A model generated the notes under the pieces. The model made no database searches and was not told where the DNA came from. It worked only from the letters and a program-made list of their open reading frames with translations. The translations under genes and the position numbers were made by a program. A stretch of DNA of 64,000 nucleotides from an uncultured cyanobacterium (GTDB lineage Bacteria > Cyanobacteriota > Cyanobacteriia > Cyanobacteriales > Nostocaceae), in NCBI GenBank assembly GCA_963706595.1, contig OY970166.1:4704001-4768000 (forward strand), read 5' to 3'. Below, one piece after another: positions 60,804-64,000 of the stretch; position 1 is the first letter of the stretch, and each line of letters begins with the position of its first letter.

Positions 60804-62402
60804 ATGAAGAAGAATGTATCTGATCAAACTGCTGACATCGCTCAAGAGTATCTGGAACGAGAAAACAAGGATAAACAGGTACTCGCCTTACTGCTAGAGA
60901 AGTTCATGGGGAAGAAAGACCAGATTCTAGTCCAAAAAACCGAGATGGGCGGTACTGAGGCTTTTGTTGGTTCTGTCACCTTGGAATGGTTGGCTGGTCG
61001 TGTTCATTTCGCCTCTGGTTTACCCTTGCTTGAGAAAAAGTACAATTCAGACACTGGTAACATCGAAATTGACGCAGATAGCATTGATGAAATTCAGCAA
61101 CGTCCCATTGACTGGACACGTCAAGCGCCCCTAGTACAGTATTTAGCAGCGCGGAAAAGTCACAAATTCCCACCTGTGCTGGTAGTAATTAATCAACCTT
61201 GGGTGGATAATCCCAAAGCGGCTGAGTGGGATAGTCAGGGAATAGCCTTAAAATCTACTACTGATTTCACCGCTTTAGATAAAGATGGTAAAGTTGGTCT
61301 GCTGAATATTTCTGAAGATAATGTGACAATTTATGCTTTGGATGGTCAGCACCGACTCATGAGTGTACAAGGGTTGATGGAGTTAATCAAAACTCGCAAA
61401 TTGCAGCGCTATAAAAAAGATAAAACTGCTGACGATAACTTTATTACCTTAGATGATTTGAGAGATCAGTACCAAGTAGACCTTGATTACTTGCAAACCT
61501 TACCCAAAGAAAAAATTGGGATTGAATTTATCTGTGCGGTTGCGGCTGGGGAAACTCGCACCGAAGCCAGAAGAAGGGTGAGGTCTATCTTTGTTCATGT
61601 TAACTTAATGGCTGCACCATTGACTAAAGGTCAGTTAGCACAGCTAAATGAGGATGATGGGTTTTCAATTGTGGCGAGAAAAATTGCAGTTACTCATCCG
61701 CTTTTGGAACAACGAAAAGAGCGCAATCCTCGTGTTAATTGGAATAGTGGAACAGTGGCATCTAATTCTACTGTTTTAACCACCCTGCAAGCTCTCCATG
61801 ATATGTGTGAGCGATATTTGGGGCAAAAATTCCCTCATTGGAAACCTCTGGAAAAAGGCTTAATTCCCATGCGTCCAGAGGATGAAGAACTTGAGGAAGG
61901 AATTGCGGAATTTAGCCAGCTATTTGATAATTTAGCCAGCCTTCCCAGTTATAAGCTGTTGGATGAAGAAGACACTCCAGCTTTGCGACGCTTTAGTTTT
62001 GAAAAAGATGGGGGGGAAGGAAATCTGCTTTTCCGTCCTGTTGCTCAAGTGGCTTTAGCGCAAGCTTTGGGAATCTTGGTTTTTCAAAAAGGTTTTACAC
62101 TAGCAAATGTCTTTAAGAAGTTGCGGAAATTTGACCAGCAAGGCGGTTTGAGTGGTATGGAGTATCCACAGTCTTTATGGTATGGCGTTTTGTATGACCC
62201 TAATAAAAAGCGAGTCCAGGTTTCTGGACGGGAATTAGCGGCGAAGTTATTCATTTATATTTTGGGTGGAGTTCAGGATCAAATGGAACGTGCTGAACTG
62301 CGTAAGGCTTTGGCTGATGCCAGAACTATAGAAAATAAAACAATAGGTTTTGATGGTAATTTTGTTGAACCCAAGCAAGTAGGACTTCCACCCGTGCTGT
62401 AA
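60804..62402 (+). CDS. DGQHR domain protein (DndB-like), divergent from dndC
   Basis: QRPIDWTR, FPPVLVV, ALDGQHRL, IFVHVN. Confidence 0.88.
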   Translation: MKKNVSDQTADIAQEYLERENKDKQVLALLLEKFMGKKDQILVQKTEMGGTEAFVGSVTLEWLAGRVHFASGLPLLEKKYNSDTGNIEIDADSIDEIQQRPIDWTRQAPLVQYLAARKSHKFPPVLVVINQPWVDNPKAAEWDSQGIALKSTTDFTALDKDGKVGLLNISEDNVTIYALDGQHRLMSVQGLMELIKTRKLQRYKKDKTADDNFITLDDLRDQYQVDLDYLQTLPKEKIGIEFICAVAAGETRTEARRRVRSIFVHVNLMAAPLTKGQLAQLNEDDGFSIVARKIAVTHPLLEQRKERNPRVNWNSGTVASNSTVLTTLQALHDMCERYLGQKFPHWKPLEKGLIPMRPEDEELEEGIAEFSQLFDNLASLPSYKLLDEEDTPALRRFSFEKDGGEGNLLFRPVAQVALAQALGILVFQKGFTLANVFKKLRKFDQQGGLSGMEYPQSLWYGVLYDPNKKRVQVSGRELAAKLFIYILGGVQDQMERAELRKALADARTIENKTIGFDGNFVEPKQVGLPPVL

Positions 62403-63344
62403 TTAGGCTTGAAATATATTTTGGCGATGCCATTGAAGTGCTTCCATTTCTGGAAAGTATTGTTCTGTATTTGGTAGAAGTATTTTTTCCCCATGAAAAT
62501 CTTTCATAGGTTTAGCGTAGGGAGAAACTTCTGCCAAGTCTTGGCTAACTAAAATTTTGTATTGGTCATCTATGGTAAACCAACCCCGGTCAAATGCCCA
62601 ATGATGATTTTTACACAGTGCTATTCCATTAGGGATTCTGTTGTCATAAAACTGGGAAAATGGTTTAATGTGTGCGCCATCAATAATATTTTGATTTATG
62701 GCTTTAGTTACTTTCATTCCACAAAAAGCACACCTAGAATCATAAACATATACAATAGCTTTCCTGAAAAAAGCATTTCTAATTGCTGCTCGCTTTAACT
62801 GCCATCTTGGCTCATAATTTGCATTATCAGATTTAAGTAATTTTTCTATTTCTACAGTTTGGTCATCAAAAGTATCATTGATTTTCAAAATAACTTCTAT
62901 ATCACTTTCATTCTCAGAAAAGAAGGCTACCACGAGTGCATCAATTAAATATTTTCGAGAAGTTTCATCTTGGAGGAAGTTAAATAATTCAATATCTAAA
63001 TAGGCATATTCAATAGTTTCTTTCAGTTTTTTAGTCGTTTTTGGACGCAACCCATTAAAATGAGGTGTAAACGCTAAGTACCAAAATCCTTCATTTTTTA
63101 GATGGTAGAAAGGATAGTGTAAACCACCTTTGTGATACGCAGACCCTATAACATTCCAGTAATTAGTAAATGTTTTAATTAATTCTTGTGAAATATAAAT
63201 TTTATTATCGTTAATAATACCTCTGCTAATTAAGTCAACCACAGATAAAAGTAATATAGGTTTATATAAAGCATTACCAAGCTTCCGGCTAACACTAACA
63301 TTTAATTGTGAAAATTTTTGACGATAATATTCTAAATTCTTCAT
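62403..63344 (-). CDS. SBD-HNH endonuclease (sulfur-binding-domain-like N-terminus plus HNH_2)
   Basis: N-terminus: ALYKPILLLSV.DLI...YPFYHLKNEGFW. C-terminus: R..FFR..I...Y...CAFCG, AHIKP, NGIALCKNHHWAFDRGWF. Confidence 0.85.
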   Translation of the reverse strand: MKNLEYYRQKFSQLNVSVSRKLGNALYKPILLLSVVDLISRGIINDNKIYISQELIKTFTNYWNVIGSAYHKGGLHYPFYHLKNEGFWYLAFTPHFNGLRPKTTKKLKETIEYAYLDIELFNFLQDETSRKYLIDALVVAFFSENESDIEVILKINDTFDDQTVEIEKLLKSDNANYEPRWQLKRAAIRNAFFRKAIVYVYDSRCAFCGMKVTKAINQNIIDGAHIKPFSQFYDNRIPNGIALCKNHHWAFDRGWFTIDDQYKILVSQDLAEVSPYAKPMKDFHGEKILLPNTEQYFPEMEALQWHRQNIFQA

Positions 63345-63369
63345 TTTGAAGCTTTTTTAAAGAAATAAT

Positions 63370-63841
63370 TTAACTTAAAAATTTACTGAGATCAAATTCT
63401 TCGTCTGACTGTTCTTGAGCATCTTTTTCGGAAATGAGAACCAATAACAGACGTTCTGAATAATCAACGGCTCCTCGTAATTCATTTTGTAAAATTTCCA
63501 GCCCTCCATTAGCATACTCTTCAAATATTTGGGTACGTTGGTCTTCATACTCTTCTTCTCTAGAAGAAAGTATTTGTATATCTTTGGTTTCAGTTATTCC
63601 TAATAATTTGATAATGAGGTCATGTCCTAGAGAAGCAAAATTTTCTTGTGGAATTGGTGAAGGTTCCCTTTTTGTAAATTCGCTTAGAGGAACACGCTTT
63701 TTATTTTTCACACCTAAAGCCGCCGCAAATACCATTACTTCCACATAAGTTTGAAAAGGTCCAGTTGTGTCTTTTGATGCTAATAACTGTTTTACCAACT
63801 CAGCCTTATCTTTAGCAACCCTGATTCTAGTTTGCAGCCAT
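63370..63841 (-). CDS. DNA phosphorothioation-associated protein 4 (TIGR04062 type); +1 insertion near the start
   Basis: GPFQTYVEVMVFAAALG, IFEEYANGGLEIL, FDLSKFL. ATG at 63841 reads MAAN-(extra base at ~63829)-RIRVAKDKAELVKQL. Confidence 0.82.
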
Positions 63842-64000
63842 AATAATGATATCTATATTGTGACTATTTTAACCGAATATTAGATGCGATCGCCTATTCC
63901 TATTCCCCCTTCCTCTCTGTGTCCTCTGCGCCTCTGTGGTTCGTCAACTCCACATCCTCATAAACCAGAGATAGAGGAAAGCGAAAATCAACACTACTTA

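Overview
64-kb chromosomal window from a heterocyst-forming (Nostocales-type) cyanobacterium, judged from abundant HIP1 octamers (GCGATCGC), heptameric STRR arrays and psbU/chlG/petP/btpA. Left to right it holds: (1) an RND efflux pair; (2) an ABC-transporter (Wzm/Wzt)-dependent surface-polysaccharide cluster (gmd, rfbA/D/C, glycosyltransferases, acyltransferase, and a 1529-aa methyltransferase-coiled coil-triple glycosyltransferase); (3) a core-genome stretch (Uma2, petP, Get3/ArsA-like ATPase, chlG, PucC-like MFS, crhR-rimO, btpA, VKOR, CHASE2-PAS-GGDEF, nadB, psbU, uppP, radical SAM, GHL10, CBS-PAS histidine kinase plus REC-EAL, ampG); (4) a DNA phosphorothioation (dnd) island with dndC/D/E, a DGQHR (DndB-like) protein, a PT-associated methyltransferase, an SBD-HNH nuclease, dnd-associated protein 4, an inserted MazF-type TA pair and a REP-flanked Y1 transposase. 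At least five genes carry single +1 insertions that look like sequencing errors. The best leads are a small secreted peptide ending in HGSGTR behind a DIF1-like (TCCGGA) promoter next to the CHASE2 diguanylate cyclase, an SBD-HNH nuclease sitting inside a PT-writing cluster, a HIP1-phased coiled-coil 'ruler' in the giant glycosyltransferase, and structured leaders sharing a 14-nt motif upstream of rimO and crhR. All calls come from motif recognition by eye; no searches were run.
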